In this document: positions 1 to 12,207 of the stretch, one piece after another | Position numbering within the stretch: position 1 is the stretch's first letter | Layout: every line of letters begins with the position of its first letter | DNA from: Chara braunii | Taxonomy: Eukaryota; Plantae; Charophyceae | Reading direction: 5' to 3' | Assembly (NCBI GenBank): GCA_003427395.1 | Contig: BFEA01000028.1 | Coordinates: forward strand, 456,291 to 515,648 | Length of the DNA stretch: 59,358 bases | The notes under the pieces: model-generated | The model's database searches: none | Seen by the model: only the letters and a program-made list of their open reading frames with translations | What the model was told of the DNA's origin: nothing | Made by a program: the position numbers and the translations under genes

Positions 1-432
1 TTGTGCCTAAATTGGCCCGCAGTAGTCAACTTTTGTCATGGCAACCTGACAGCACTTTAATTTCAACACAGACGTGTTGGAAAGACGTTGGATCAACGTT
101 GAACAGTTGTTGGACCAACGTTGGCCACGTGTTGATCAAACTGTTGGAAACACACAACGGTGATGGTCCACGGTTGGGCAAGGCATTTATCGTCGTTCCA
201 ACGCTGGTCCACCACGGGCACCGAGTTGGAAACTTGATGGATTTTTTCCACATTTTTTCTGTTGTATCTCCCCCTATTTTCGTGTACACCTCTATGTATT
301 TCTCGAACTGTAGCCATGTGGCCACCTAGAAGTGATGTCTATCTTGTGTGTATGGCACTCCTTCTCTGTTGTTCTTTCTGGCTACAGTACGTGTATGCAT
401 ATATCAGAAACACGGAACCCAATACGTGCACA

Positions 433-2376
433 CTAATTCTCCTGCCCACGGGCCCGTCTGCCAAACACACGGGTGACATGAAGAGCATGATGAAGGATAT
501 GGTGACGAAGTTCCTCAGCTGCAGAGCGGCGATCGAGATGGCTGACGTACATGATCGAGCCTTCTTGTCGAAGGTCATCGTCCATGTCGCCATTGTCCCC
601 CCCAATCGTCAGATTCTTCTCCTTCGTCGTCATCATCTTCGTTGTCTATGTTGTTGTTGTCATCTCCCCTTCGTAGCAATTCCTCGTCCACAGGGATGTC
701 TGCGTCGATGATGATGTTGTGCAAAATACAGCACGTGAAGAATTGAAGACACACATTGAACATGTTTGCAATATGTTTGCGGCCAAGCACCGCCACATTT
801 CCTTCAACCATCCAAAACACCTTTCGATCACACTCCGCAACGCAGAGAACTCGTTGTCGGATGTTCTCTCATCCGCAGTTCGTCCAGTTCCCCCGTGCGG
901 CGTCATCAACCACGATAGGATACCCCGCATCCCCGAGGAGATACCTTCCGACGACAGTCAACAGAAAAATTTCCCATAATTAAATATTCATTCTATAGTA
1001 AAATTACTTTCTAAATTTTAAATTTTCATTCCATCTTAAAAAATGTCATTCAAATTTTAAAATTTTCCGTCTTACTTGAGAATTTTCCTTCCAAGAATGG
1101 GGTATCCCTTCTTATTTGAACTGCATGCTAGAGATGGAATGAAAGTCTGGATGAGTTCATGAAATATTTTAATTAGACTGTCATTCTAAGTAAGGATTTT
1201 CAGTCATAAATAGGTTAATCCAATCTAAATTAGAAGATATTTGTTGTAGTAGAATGAAAGTTTAATTACAACATTTCATAAACTCGTCCAGACTTTCATT
1301 CCATCTTGAATAAATAGATGTAGTTGGAAGGGAAAGCTCATATTTAGACGGGAACTTATCAAATAAAACTGAAAATTTTAGAATTGGCCAAACATTGGAA
1401 TGATAATTTATAAATATGAAGGATTTTTTTTTTATGGAATGTTTTTTCAACTTTCATTTCTCGCGGGAATTTTTCTGTTGGTGCCGTCAACCAGCACGTT
1501 CGTCCTCCTTGTGAACGGCTCCCTACCCTCCTCGCCACGGTTGTAAAGATCGGATAGACGGAGCACGAGTGAATCATGCACATGCCCCGGTGCACCGACA
1601 CAGACGTCCAGAATGCGGAGGTTATCGTTGCACACGACATGTGTAACGAGAGAGTACTGCCTGTTTCTGTCAAAGTACACCTCTGCCTCGCCTCGACGTG
1701 GCTTGTCGATGTAGATGTGTGTGCAGTCTATCACGCCAAAACAACCAGGGAAACCTTTACCCTCGTAGTACTAATCGAGTGTCGTCTGCAAACGTGCCTT
1801 CGTGGACCATAACAGAACATGCGCGTACTCATCAACAAGAGCCCGAGCAACGTCGTTCGTGCATCTGACGACACTGTGCAGTCCCATACCAAAGTTGTTG
1901 CCGCATTGACGGTAGTAACCCCCTTGTTGCCCACCGGTACAACGTGAAAGTAATCTTGAGGGATGCAGGCAACGCATCTCTTCACGTTGTGTCCATTCTT
2001 TGGATGCGCGACACAATTGTATTAAGGATTTGGTCAAACAATGACCTCGTCAGACTTGTGTACTTCATAAGTTTTTCTCATGTCCCACTCCCTGCATGTT
2101 CATGTCCTCCCAAGTCCCCCCAACTCGATGCCGAACCCATAAGCATCGCCGTCTACGATCACTCATATGCACGACCACGTCCGCACCGCCTTCCTGTTCG
2201 AAGTGACAACATGCGTGGAGCAGCAACGTCATTGTGGCCTGCTGCATGGTCATGATGTTAATGACCGCATGCATGAGCATCGTCACCGACATCACGGACA
2301 CCTGCTCCCATAAACGCAGCCATCGAATCATTGCGGCGAGGATCATGCCGACCTGGAAAGACGTCATGGAGCCCAA
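433..2376 (-). pseudogene. PIF/Harbinger-type DDE transposase (HARBI1/DDE_Tnp_4-like), frameshifted and split by a MITE
   Basis: Minus-strand fragments read IDCTHIYIDKP..YFDRNRQYSLVTHVVCNDNLRILDVCVGAPGHVHDSLVLRLS, then VDGT|VVGRYLLGDAGYP, then RSVIERCFGWLKEMWRCL and CCILHN. These are the canonical Harbinger nuclease motifs in order. Confidence 0.9.
959..1480. mobile_element. AT-rich non-autonomous TIR element (MITE), 522 bp, 2-bp TSD (GT)
   Basis: Termini CAACAGAAAAATTTCCC ... GGGAATTTTTCTGTTG. GT at 957-958 and 1481-1482. Removal restores the transposase frame DGTVVGRYLLGD. Internal inverted repeat at ~1131-1166/1271-1307. Confidence 0.85.
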
Positions 2377-2510
2377 GGTGCACTACCGGTAGAGGAAAAA
2401 GAAAGGACAGAACCAAGTCGTCCAATTTCGCACCGCCATGGAGCCCAAGGTGCACTACCGGTAGAGGAAAAAGAAAGGACAGAACCAAGTCGTCCAATTT
2501 CGCACCGCCA
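2366..2510. repeat. Perfect 72-bp tandem duplication
   Basis: catggagcccaaggtgcactaccggtagagg...aatttcgcaccgc occurs twice in a row. Confidence 0.9.
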
Positions 2511-2619
2511 CTTGCAATCGTTATATTGGGCGTCCACGTCAACCCTTCGAACACACGGGTGGGCCCACGGCTCATGGACGTGATGACCCTGCGACGTACG
2601 CAACGGGTATCACGACCGT

Positions 2620-3030
2620 GCGGTGCGCAACAACCGGGGACGAGCAACTATGGCGAGTGAAGATGCGAAGATGTGGCAATACTAGCCGTTGTGCTTCAAG
2701 GAGCCACGACGCAATGGCGGTCTAGTGGGCAAGTGCAGACAACAGACCTTCCTTCCCCCCGGCACTTGGCCATGGGCCTATAGACCCACCGACCAGAGCG
2801 GACGTGATGGCGCAGCGAGGTACACGATGGGTGTCACGGACGTGTGGTGCACAACGACCAGGGAGGAGCAGATATGGCGCGTTGAAGAGGCGAACATGTA
2901 GCAATACTAGTCGTTATGCTTCAAGGAGCCACGGCTCAATGGCGGTCCAGTGGGCAAGTGCGAACAATGAACCTTCCTTCCTCCCGGCACTTGGCCATGG
3001 GCCCACAGACCCACCGAGCAGAGCGGACGC
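2620..3030. repeat. Diverged ~190-bp direct repeat pair
   Basis: gcaatactag..tgcttcaaggagccacg..ggcacttggccatgggc..agacccaccga.cagagcggacg at ~2620-2805 and ~2847-3030. Confidence 0.8.
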
Positions 3031-3686
3031 GCTACCTCGGTCGCCGCACAATGGAAGACAAAAACAATGCACATCACACAAACCGCGCGACGGCCAAACC
3101 CCGTGTCGGAGTGTCCGCACGGTGCCTCCAAATGGACCTTGTGTGGAGAGGCGCCCACAAAAATCCACCGAGTCTGTCTTAATAGCCCCGCCAACCGCAG
3201 GGATGTGGGATCCCATTTTTCTTACGCGACGCGGATGGGTCGCCTCCGCTGAAAGTGGTTCTTTTTGTCTCTTCCTAAACTCGTAAGAAGTGGGATCAGA
3301 CCCTAAGGCTTGCAAGTGGCATTTCGAAGGTCGTGGGCTCAGTCCCCAATGACCTCATGTACCTTCGTGGGCATGCTTGGTGCCCGCCACCTAGAGATAG
3401 ACCACAAGATCCCCCGATCGGCATTGAGCAGAGTCTGTTGATGTTCGTAGGGGAGGGGACCTGAGGGGAGGCACAGGGATTGGTCATGTTGGCATGGTCC
3501 TTGATGCTGCTGGTTGTCCCCTAGCCAGTATCGCCCACCTGCAGATCGGGAGCAGCCTTCTCATGTTCTCTCATGAACACGGTTCTGACTGTTGCGGGGT
3601 TCCCCGTACAATTACGAGTAGTGGTAGGTAGGTAGTGTGATGTGAAATTGAGAGAAGAACATAGCTTTCAAAAAAAAAAAAAAAAA

Positions 3687-3720
3687 AAGATTAGCATGGG
3701 CCCTGCGCAAGGATGACATG
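3687..3720 (+). pseudogene. U6: U6 snRNA internal fragment flanked by poly(A) on both sides
   Basis: AAGATTAGCATGGGCCCTGCGCAAGGATGACATG matches the U6 core AAGATTAGCATGGCCCCTGCGCAAGGATGACACG. Confidence 0.85.
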
Positions 3721-3730
3721 AAAAAAAAAA

Positions 3731-3815
3731 CTAGATTTGCAGCTCCTTGACATTGTATTTCTGCCTTGGGCACTGGGCCCTAATAAAACTATTGTTTCTT
3801 TGTTAAGAAAAAAAA
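3731..3815 (+). mobile_element. Very short LINE 3' end
   Basis: GCCTTGGGCACTGGGCC, AATAAA and an A-tract. The same 17-mer lies just before the tail of the minus-strand LINE at ~37300. Confidence 0.55.
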
Positions 3816-5755
3816 TCCGCTCTGTATACAAACACTTGTCGATGAAGCTCGCGTCAGCTTTGCCCACCCCGACTAAACCCAATTCCCTTTCCCTCTCCAG
3901 GGGCCAAGTCCCACGTACCTGAATTCTTACTTTCTCGCTGTTGATTATGAAGATCAACGGTCAGAAATGAAGAATGAAGGCAAGTGGGACTTGGCCTCAG
4001 GTGGTGCCGCCACTGTCCCTCATTACCCCTAGTTTTCACTACTATTTTTTTTACCAAAGGAGTCTTTCCATTACAAGCTGGGAACCGAGCCCAGCGTCCC
4101 TCTAATGAATAGCTATGGCCCACAAGGATAAGCCTGACTCACCGGCCAGGTATAACCCCAACCATAGCAAAAATCTCACCGTCGTCACAATCCTGCAATG
4201 AATAGTTTCAACCCTACCGCACATCCACCACACAACCCGAACCTAAGTATCAATGTGAACCAAAGTATTCTAAAAAAAAACAAAACCCTAACTAAACTCT
4301 CAATTCTCGACTGGCGCACTCATCCTAAGCCAATCACCAACTCGCTACTACTGGCCTCACGGTCACATTACGGGTTGTGAGCCCACGCCTGCACGGTATG
4401 TCGGTTTGCTCAAGCGTTGGACGCACGTGCGAACGCGGATATGCCTACCAAAGTCACGCATAGAGAGGGGCAAATTGATGTATATGCAAATCAGACGAGC
4501 ACGACGAGACAGGTTCATGGTCAAAGAGCCCGTGGCATAATGGTGTGAGACGGGGGCAGAAGGTGGCGAGGCGGATCCATGATCGAAGAGGTCGTGCCAT
4601 ACAGAAGCCGGGTCATTCAATGGGACAGGTGTGGGCGACGGGCACCATACCGTGACCAACAAAGACCAGAAAAGATCACCATGGTTGATCCAGTTAGGAT
4701 TCTTATCCTGCCGTTTGTCGATGTGTGATATTGTTTTTCTTTTTTTTAAGGGGGGGGGTGGGGGGAGGGGGAGGAGTGGCTGTTTTCCCGAATTGTGATG
4801 CCATTTTTTCCTTTTTTTTGCAGCAACAATTTTTTTTGGTTTATAACTCTTTTTTCTTTATTGTGTTGCGTTTTTTTTAGGACGAACAGGGAAGCATCAC
4901 TGTTTTCTTTTTATTGTTTTGAGAGGCATGAAGAGGAAAAATGTGAACAACATACCGCGACTGGGATGGACTAGAGGAGGGAGTCAGAACGGAAGAGAGA
5001 AAAGGGGAGGGAGCAAGAACGTAAGAGAGAAAATGGTACTATGGATGGAGGAGGAAGGACGACGGGGAGGGAGAATGAAGAGCAGGAGGAAAGAGAACGA
5101 GGAGGAAGAAGGAAACGGAAGGAGGACGAAGAGGGAGAAGGAGAGAGAAGGATTTCTGTTTGAGGAGGGAGTAAGAACGAAAGACAGAGAAAAAGGTACT
5201 ATGCATGGAGGAGGAAGGACAACAAAGAGGGAGAAGGGGCGATTAAGGCACTATCCGTGGAGGAGGAAAAAAAATGAAAGGCACCGTTTCCATTTATTGG
5301 TAACGCAGGGCAACGTGGTGAATCCCTTGCCCATCACTCAAATGTACACTGTTTGGTCTTTTATTGTTTTGCTAGGTGAGCTCCGTTTCCATTTCATAGA
5401 TGAGGAGGCATCAGGAGGGAGGAGGGCGGTGCTAACGGACGTTGGTCGATATTTCTGTTTGAATATGAGAGATGAGGAAGCAGTGGGAGGGAGAAGGAGG
5501 GTACTACTGACGTTCAAAGGGGTGGGAGGAAAGTACGACGAAATTGTGATTTAGTAAGAGACAAAAACGCAAAGGGACTATGGATGGAGGAGAGAGGAGG
5601 ACGAAGAGGAAGAAGAGGAGAACGATGACAACAATCTCTTTGATGAACGACGAAGGAGGAGAACGAAGTAAGGAGGTTCGAAGGATAAGGATCGATGGTA
5701 GGATGGACTACAGGAGGGAGCAAGAATAAAAGATAGAAAAGGGTACTAGGAAACA

Positions 5756-6390
5756 GTGTTGTATCCACAATGGCTTGCCGACCGACTTATTCTATCACCC
5801 AAAAACAAGTTTGTTGCTACCTATAATTCCATAATTTTCACCCAGTTCCCTGACCCTCTCATCATATCCCTTAGTGCTAATAATTTACTCCCAAACGAGC
5901 AATATCCAAATATTTCTATTGATACACTCAATACACTGGATGTCCCCTCGCTCCCTCCACACATCCTGCATGTGGAAAAAGATGCACCGGTTATCCTTCT
6001 TCGAAATATCGGCATGAGAAACAATTCATGCAATGACACACGATTAATTGTTGATTCCGTGACAAGCAACCACCTCTTACATGCACAAATATTGCCTATA
6101 CTGCAAACTGTCCTCCTTCGCTGAATCCCCCTCTCTGTTACGGACCATACGACCCCTTTTCCATGAAAGCGACGACAATTTATGTGCGTCCTGCATTCAT
6201 AATCACCATTAACAAATCTCTAGCTCAATCTATCAAACATGTTGGTGTTGATCTTCAACATCACACTTTTACTCATGGTCGCCTTTAGGTCGCTGCTTCA
6301 CGAGTCGGTGATCCATCACATATCCGATTTGCGCTCCCCTCCAACCTCCCGCACACGACAAATATCGTCCACAAAGAAGTCCTTGGATAT
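5756..6390 (+). pseudogene. Helitron PIF1-like helicase, C-terminal fragment
   Basis: ILSPKN..LNTLDVPSLPPHILHVEKDAPVILLRNI..CNDTRLIV, then (frameshifted) MKRRQF.VRPAF.ITINKS.AQSIKHVGVDL..FTHG.L.VAASRV..IVHKEVL. Confidence 0.85.
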
Positions 6391-7576
6391 CCCCACTATT
6401 TTCCCACACAAAAAATCCTGACATTGCATCTTCATCTTTCCTCTTCGGCTGTTTGTGCAGGTGGTTCTGAAAGTTGTCGGTGACCTAAAAAGCTGAAAAC
6501 ATCTCCCGCCTCCAAAAATGCTAGCACTACTAGCACTTCTCCTCCTACTGTCCCACAACCATCGACTCCCTCCTCACTCTCAACTCCAGCTTCTTCGACA
6601 TCACCACTTTCGTCGACCCTCTCCACCACTCTCACCGTGCTTCCCTTGCCTCCCCTCACCTCTACACCACCCACACCCGTTCAAGCTCTGCCTGCGACCA
6701 ATACCGCATCACCCACTACTCCCATTCCAACATCCCATTCCCTCCTTCGATGCACAATCTCACTTCAAGACTTTGGCCTCGAAGACGTCACGCTCATCCA
6801 GATTGACATCGAAACAATTCGCACTCAAACTACAATGACAATTGTCCCTGCAGTAACATCCACTGCTCAAACCCCAACTTCCGCTCCATCGACCTCATCA
6901 CTTCCTTTGCCTCCAGCCACCAGAACACCTTCAACAACAAATCCAACCCACGCCCTCCACACAACTTACACTCGTACCACAACAACCATTGTCTCTACAC
7001 TCGCCCCCACCTCCACTCAGCCCCCACCAAAACAACAACGCCCTTTCATCCAACCACGATACACATCCCCTGAGCCCCCCGAAGAATACACCAGATGGGA
7101 TGCTTGGCACCATTACCTCAACCTCGATAACATCGAACACATCATTGAGCACATCCTCTGGGAGGATTTCCTCCTCAACGATCACACTGCATATTTCCCC
7201 TCTCTTTATACCTTCTTCAACACCTACAAAAAGCGGAGCACATGACCTTCAACGTCCTCAACCGTCACCCTTCCCTTCTTAACGATTCACACAATCCAAA
7301 ACCTTCCTCCTCCGGCTCCTTGAACGAGATCACTACCAAACTGTAACCGGATAAAAAACTGGCTATCTCAAATACAGACTAGAACGCATCATCGCCACCT
7401 TCCACAGCTATTCGTTCGTCGCATCTGTCCCGCCCCAATCGCCCATACAACCAGAATCACACCTCGCCATCCAACAAAGCAACCCGTGCTGGTGGCGACC
7501 ACTCGAGCCTTGGGGTTCCACACGAGCTACCACTCTCATCCACGACATACTTCACATCCCGTCTTACACTCCCCAT

Positions 7577-7625
7577 GTCTACATCTACATCTACATCTAC
7601 CTCTACAATAATATAGAAACCGCTG
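7577..7625 (+). mobile_element. Putative Helitron 5' terminus
   Basis: (TCTACA)n followed by TCTACAATAATATAGAAACCGCTG resembles TC-start Helitron 5' ends. A Helitron helicase remnant lies nearby. Confidence 0.35.
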
Positions 7626-7627
7626 AT

Positions 7628-8200
7628 GTCATATCGCATGGCCCAGATTGCGGGCGGGCCGATCACCACCTGCGGACGGCGCAGATCGCAGGCCAATGAG
7701 AAAAGTTTATCATCGGCCTGCGATCTGGGCCGTCCGCGGGTGGTGATCGGCACGCAATCTGGGCCGCCGGTTCGTACCTCATATCGCACGGCCCGATTGC
7801 GGGCCGATCACCACCCGCGGACGGCCCAGATCGCAGGCCGATGAGAAACTTTTCTCATCGGCCTGCGATCTGGGCCGTCCGCGGGTGGTGATCGGCACGC
7901 AATCTGGGCCGCCGGTTCGTACCTCATATCGCACGGCCCGATTGCGGGCCGATCACCACCCGCGGACGGCCCAGATCGCAGGCCGATGAGAAACTTTTCT
8001 CATCGGCCTGCGATCTGGGCCGTCCGCGGGTGGTGATCGGCACGCAATCTGGGCCGCCGGTTCGTACCTCATATCGCACGGCCCGATTGCGGGCCGATCA
8101 CCACCCGCGGACGGCCCAGATCGCAGGCCGATGAGAAACTTTTCTCATCGGCCTGCGATCTGGGCCGTCCGCGGGTGGTGATCGGCCCGCAATCTGGGCC
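7628..8200. repeat. Tandem array of ~4 x 145-bp GC-rich units, each a long palindrome
   Basis: Unit starts (acctcatatc) at 7776, 7921 and 8066. Within each unit, ccgatcaccacccgcggacggcccagatcgcaggccgatgagaaa pairs with tttctcatcggcctgcgatctgggccgtccgcgggtggtgatcgg. Confidence 0.95.
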
Positions 8201-8459
8201 TAGGTCCCACTTGCTCGAATTAAGAGATACTGACCGTAGATAGCAAAGATCAACGGCCGACATCTCCAAATTTGCGCAAGTGGGACCTTGCCCCTGGGTC
8301 GCCGGTTCGTACCGGAAGTGGCCCATGGGCTGAAACGGCCCGCCCAAACGGCCCTCCTGCGCCTACGAGCCTGCTTTCGCCTACTCCCACCTGCTCGACG
8401 TGCTCAGTCCCGCCTGCTCTCTCTCTCTCTCTCTCTCTCCCTCCCCCCCCCCGCTCTTT

Positions 8460-8900
8460 CCGCTTCGGTGCTTCGTAGCACGTGGTCCGTGCTTCGGTGC
8501 TTTGTGGTACGTGAGTCGATGTGCTACGTGAATTCGGTGCTTGGTGCTGCGCGAATTGCATGGTGAATTTGGTGTGCTACGTGCTTGGTGCTTCCGTGAA
8601 AAATTCTGGATTCTGTGCTTCATGCTTCGTGCTTCGTCCTTGCTACTTCGTGGATTCGGTGCTTGGAGCATCGTGAACTCGGTGCTTGGTGCATCGAGGG
8701 TTCGTGGTCGATTCGGTGCATGGTGCTGCGCGCTTCATGGTTCGCGAATCAGCGCTCCATGCTACTTGGTGCTCCGTGCTTAGTGCGTTGGTGCTTCGTA
8801 CTTTGTGAGTTGGTGCTTTCGTGAATCGGTGCTGCGTGGATCGGTGATTAGCGCGTGGATCGTGAGTTCCTGCTAAGTGCTCCGACGTGAGCTTGTGGAT
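8460..8900. repeat. Degenerate minisatellite rich in GTGCTTCG/GTGCTTGG
   Basis: Dozens of gtgct(t)cg/gg motifs. Confidence 0.6.
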
Positions 8901-8954
8901 TCCTGCTAAGTGAGTGTTTCTACTTCACCTCGAACACACACCTCACTGCGGGCA

Positions 8955-8956
<2 letters not shown>

Positions 8957-9039
<83 letters not shown>
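8957..9039. repeat. (GA)n microsatellite running into an assembly gap (representative; others at ~11622, 18967, 20247, 20352, 24316, 33925, 41301, 45622, 57864)
   Basis: Seen directly. Confidence 0.95.
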
Positions 9040-11621
9040 NNNNNNNNNNNNNNNNNNNNNNNNNNNNNNNNNNNNNNNNNNNNNNNNNNNNNNNNNNNNN
9101 NNNNNNNNNNNNNNNNNNNNNNNNNNNNNNNNNNNNNNNNNNNNNNNNNNNNNNNNNNNNNNNNNNNNNNNNNNNNNNNNNNNNNNNNNNNNNNNNNNNN
9201 NNNNNNNNNNNNNNNNNNNNNNNNNNNNNNNNNNNNNNNNNNNNNNNNNNNNNNNNNNNNNNNNNNNNNNNNNNNNNNNNNNNNNNNNNNNNNNNNNNNN
9301 NNNNNNNNNNNNNNNNNNNNNNNNNNNNNNNNNNNNNNNNNNNNNNNNNNNNNNNNNNNNNNNNNNNNNNNNNNNNNNNNNNNNNNNNNNNNNNNNNNNN
9401 NNNNNNNNNNNNNNNNNNNNNNNNNNNNNNNNNNNNNNNNNNNNNNNNNNNNNNNNNNNNNNNNNNNNNNNNNNNNNNNNNNNNNNNNNNNNNNNNNNNN
9501 NNNNNNNNNNNNNNNNNNNNNNNNNNNNNNNNNNNNNNNNNNNNNNNNNNNNNNNNNNNNNNNNNNNNNNNNNNNNNNNNNNNNNNNNNAGGCCGTTCCA
9601 AAGAGAAAAGACCGAGGGAGAATGTTGAGGAGGAGGATCTTTAGGAGGCAAAAGACGTACGTTTTGTGGTGGAGGAGACAGACAAAGTGTGAGGAAGGAA
9701 TAGAGAGAGGAGGAAGTGTGTTAGGTGAAATGCGTTTTTCTCTTTCCTGCTTTCCCCCTCTCTCCTTCTTGCGCGTGTGCAACCAACCGTGTTGAGATCT
9801 TACTGTAAAAGAAATGGAGCGATCTTGATAACAAATGGAGCGTTTACGTCCACCGGATAAAGAAAAATACTAAGTATTTCTTAGGTTGGGCGTTACGAAG
9901 GAAGGGCGGCCGGTCGAGGGAGGAAGGGGGAGGTAGGGAGTAGGACGGAGGGAGGAATGGAAGGGGGAGGTCAGGTGGTGATCGGGCTGAGGAAGGAAGG
10001 GGAGGAAGGAGATAGGGGAAGGAGGAGGTCAGACAAAGATCGGGCGAACAAAAGGGGCGAACGAAGGGGAATGAGGCGGGCAGGCGGACGGAGGCCAGAG
10101 GGAGGATGAAGAGAAGGTGCGGAGGAGGCCAGTAGGCAGGGGAAAGGCGGCAGAGAGTAGGGCGGAAGCTGGAGGTCAGGTGGAGGTCGGGCCAAAGAAG
10201 GAAGTGGAGGAAGGAGAGTGGGGGAAGGAGGAGATCAGTGCAAATCGGGCGGAGAGGACGGAGGAGATAGAGGGAAGGAGGTCAGGCGGAGATTGGGCGA
10301 AGGAACGGTAGTGAGGTGGCCAGGCGAAGGGAGGGCAGAGGGAGATTTTAAGAGAGGGTCCAGAGGTGGCCGGGAGAAAAGGGAGGCGGCAAGGGAGAAG
10401 TAGGGCGGAGGGAGGACAGAAAGCAGAAGGTAGTTTAGAGGTTGAGTGACGTATGAAGGACGGGAAGAGGTAAGGGGGAGACGAGCATGGGAAAAAGCGT
10501 GAAGAGGAAGAGGAGGAGGTGGAAGGAGGCCGGGAGGAAGGGGAAAGACGGCAGGGTGAAGTCGGGCGGGGGGAGGGCAGATGGAAGGAGGAGGGAGGGC
10601 AGAGGTTGGGTGGGGTAGGGAGCAAGGGAAGAGTTCAGGCGAAGGTGGAGAGAGAGAGAGAGAGAGAGAGAGGCACACACAATGGATCGGTGGGAGACGG
10701 AGAATGAAGAGGGGCGCGTGAGAATTGGGGAAAGGAGGGGAGAGAAGGGCAGAAGAAGCCACAGTAGGACGGGGGGAGGAAATAATTTGAAGAGGCGCAG
10801 AGCGATAGCGCGGGTGGAGTTGGAGAAAGTGGAGGAGGGGGCGCATGGCACAACGTCATGGGAGGAAAGGGAGAGTCGAGGGGTAAGGATGGTACAGTGG
10901 CAAAGTGGAAGAGCGGGAGGGATAGCGGTACATGTCATGGATGGGGAACAGATGGGAGGACGGGGAATGGGGCAGGTGGAGTGTGGAAGGCCCGAAATCG
11001 CGCCGTGTGCAGCGCCACGAGGAGCGATTTTTCTCTATTTCTTTTNNNNNNNNNNNNNNNNNNNNNNNNNNNNNNNNNNNNNNNNNNNNNNNNNNNNNNN
11101 NNNNNNNNNNNNNNNNNNNNNNNNNNNNNNNNNNNNNNNNNNNNNNNNNNNNNNNNNNNNNNNNNNNNNNNNNNNNNNNNNNNNNNNNNNNNNNNNNNNN
11201 NNNNNNNNNNNNNNNNNNNNNNNNNNNNNNNNNNNNNNNNNNNNNNNNNNNNNNNNNNNNNNNNNNNNNNNNNNNNNNNNNNNNNNNNNNNNNNNNNNNN
11301 NNNNNNNNNNNNNNNNNNNNNNNNNNNNNNNNNNNNNNNNNNNNNNNNNNNNNNNNNNNNNNNNNNNNNNNNNNNNNNNNNNNNNNNNNNNNNNNNNNNN
11401 NNNNNNNNNNNNNNNNNNNNNNNNNNNNNNNNNNNNNNNNNNNNNNNNNNNNNNNNNNNNNNNNNNNNNNNNNNNNNNNNNNNNNNNNNNNNNNNNNNNN
11501 NNNNNNNNNNNNNNNNNNNNNNNNNNNNNNNNNNNNNNNNNNNNNNNNNNNNNNNNNNNNNNNNNNNNNNNNNNNNNNNNNNNNNNNNNNNNNNNNNNNN
11601 NNNNNNNNNNNNNNNNNNNNN

Positions 11622-11688
<67 letters not shown>

Positions 11689-11930
11689 GCAATATTGGAC
11701 AACACGTTCTCCGAAGGACTTTGAAGAATTATCCCGTTTCCCCTTGAAGAATTCGTGATGCTGTTGCTTGATTTTCTTTTGGTCCCGATGTTGTCGTGGT
11801 CGCATTTATGTAGAAATATTAGTCCTCACCGAAATCTTGTCTGTATCTTTATATCCTGTGAAGTGTTCGGGTTCTTGAGTCTCTGCATTCGATGCGTTCA
11901 TTCCTAATATTTATTTTATTTTATTTTACT

Positions 11931-12207
11931 CTAGGCTATCAGAGTGGCCCGGGTCCACTTGCCCGGCCGGGCCAAAAAGAAATAAAAAATAAAAAAATAA
12001 GAACTATTGTGTTATTTAAATGTTTATTTTAAATTTGGTAAAGAATTTCGATGTGACCCTGAGTCAAAAGTTGTTCAGTTTATTTTTCTGCATAGCATAG
12101 TTTTTTTTTTTGTTTTTGTTTTTTTTGGCTGGGACCTTTCCTAGTGCTTGCACGGCCGGACCGCCCGGGAGAATAGGGTGACCCGGGCGGCCCGGCTGGT
12201 AGCCTAG
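11931..12207. mobile_element. MITE with CTAGGCTA(T/C)CAG termini and 8-bp TSD (hAT-like)
   Basis: TSD ATTTTACT at 11923-11930 and 12208-12215. Absent from the paralogous PLE at ~18.1-18.3 kb. Confidence 0.9.

Noticed and set aside
4919-5554. 211-aa Arg/Glu/Gly-rich ORF
   Set aside because: A by-product of purine-rich low complexity.
6637-7245. 202-aa Thr/Pro-rich ORF as a mucin/extensin gene
   Set aside because: Low-complexity, strand-biased sequence inside Helitron-associated DNA, with no ATG start or recognisable domain.
7628-8200. CRISPR-like array
   Set aside because: Units are wholly identical with no unique spacers, there are no cas genes, and the context is eukaryotic.
8906-11805. 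Long ORFs of 230-400 aa here and at 24-25, 28-29 and 53-54 kb
   Set aside because: Artefacts of N gaps and (GA)n/poly(A) runs.
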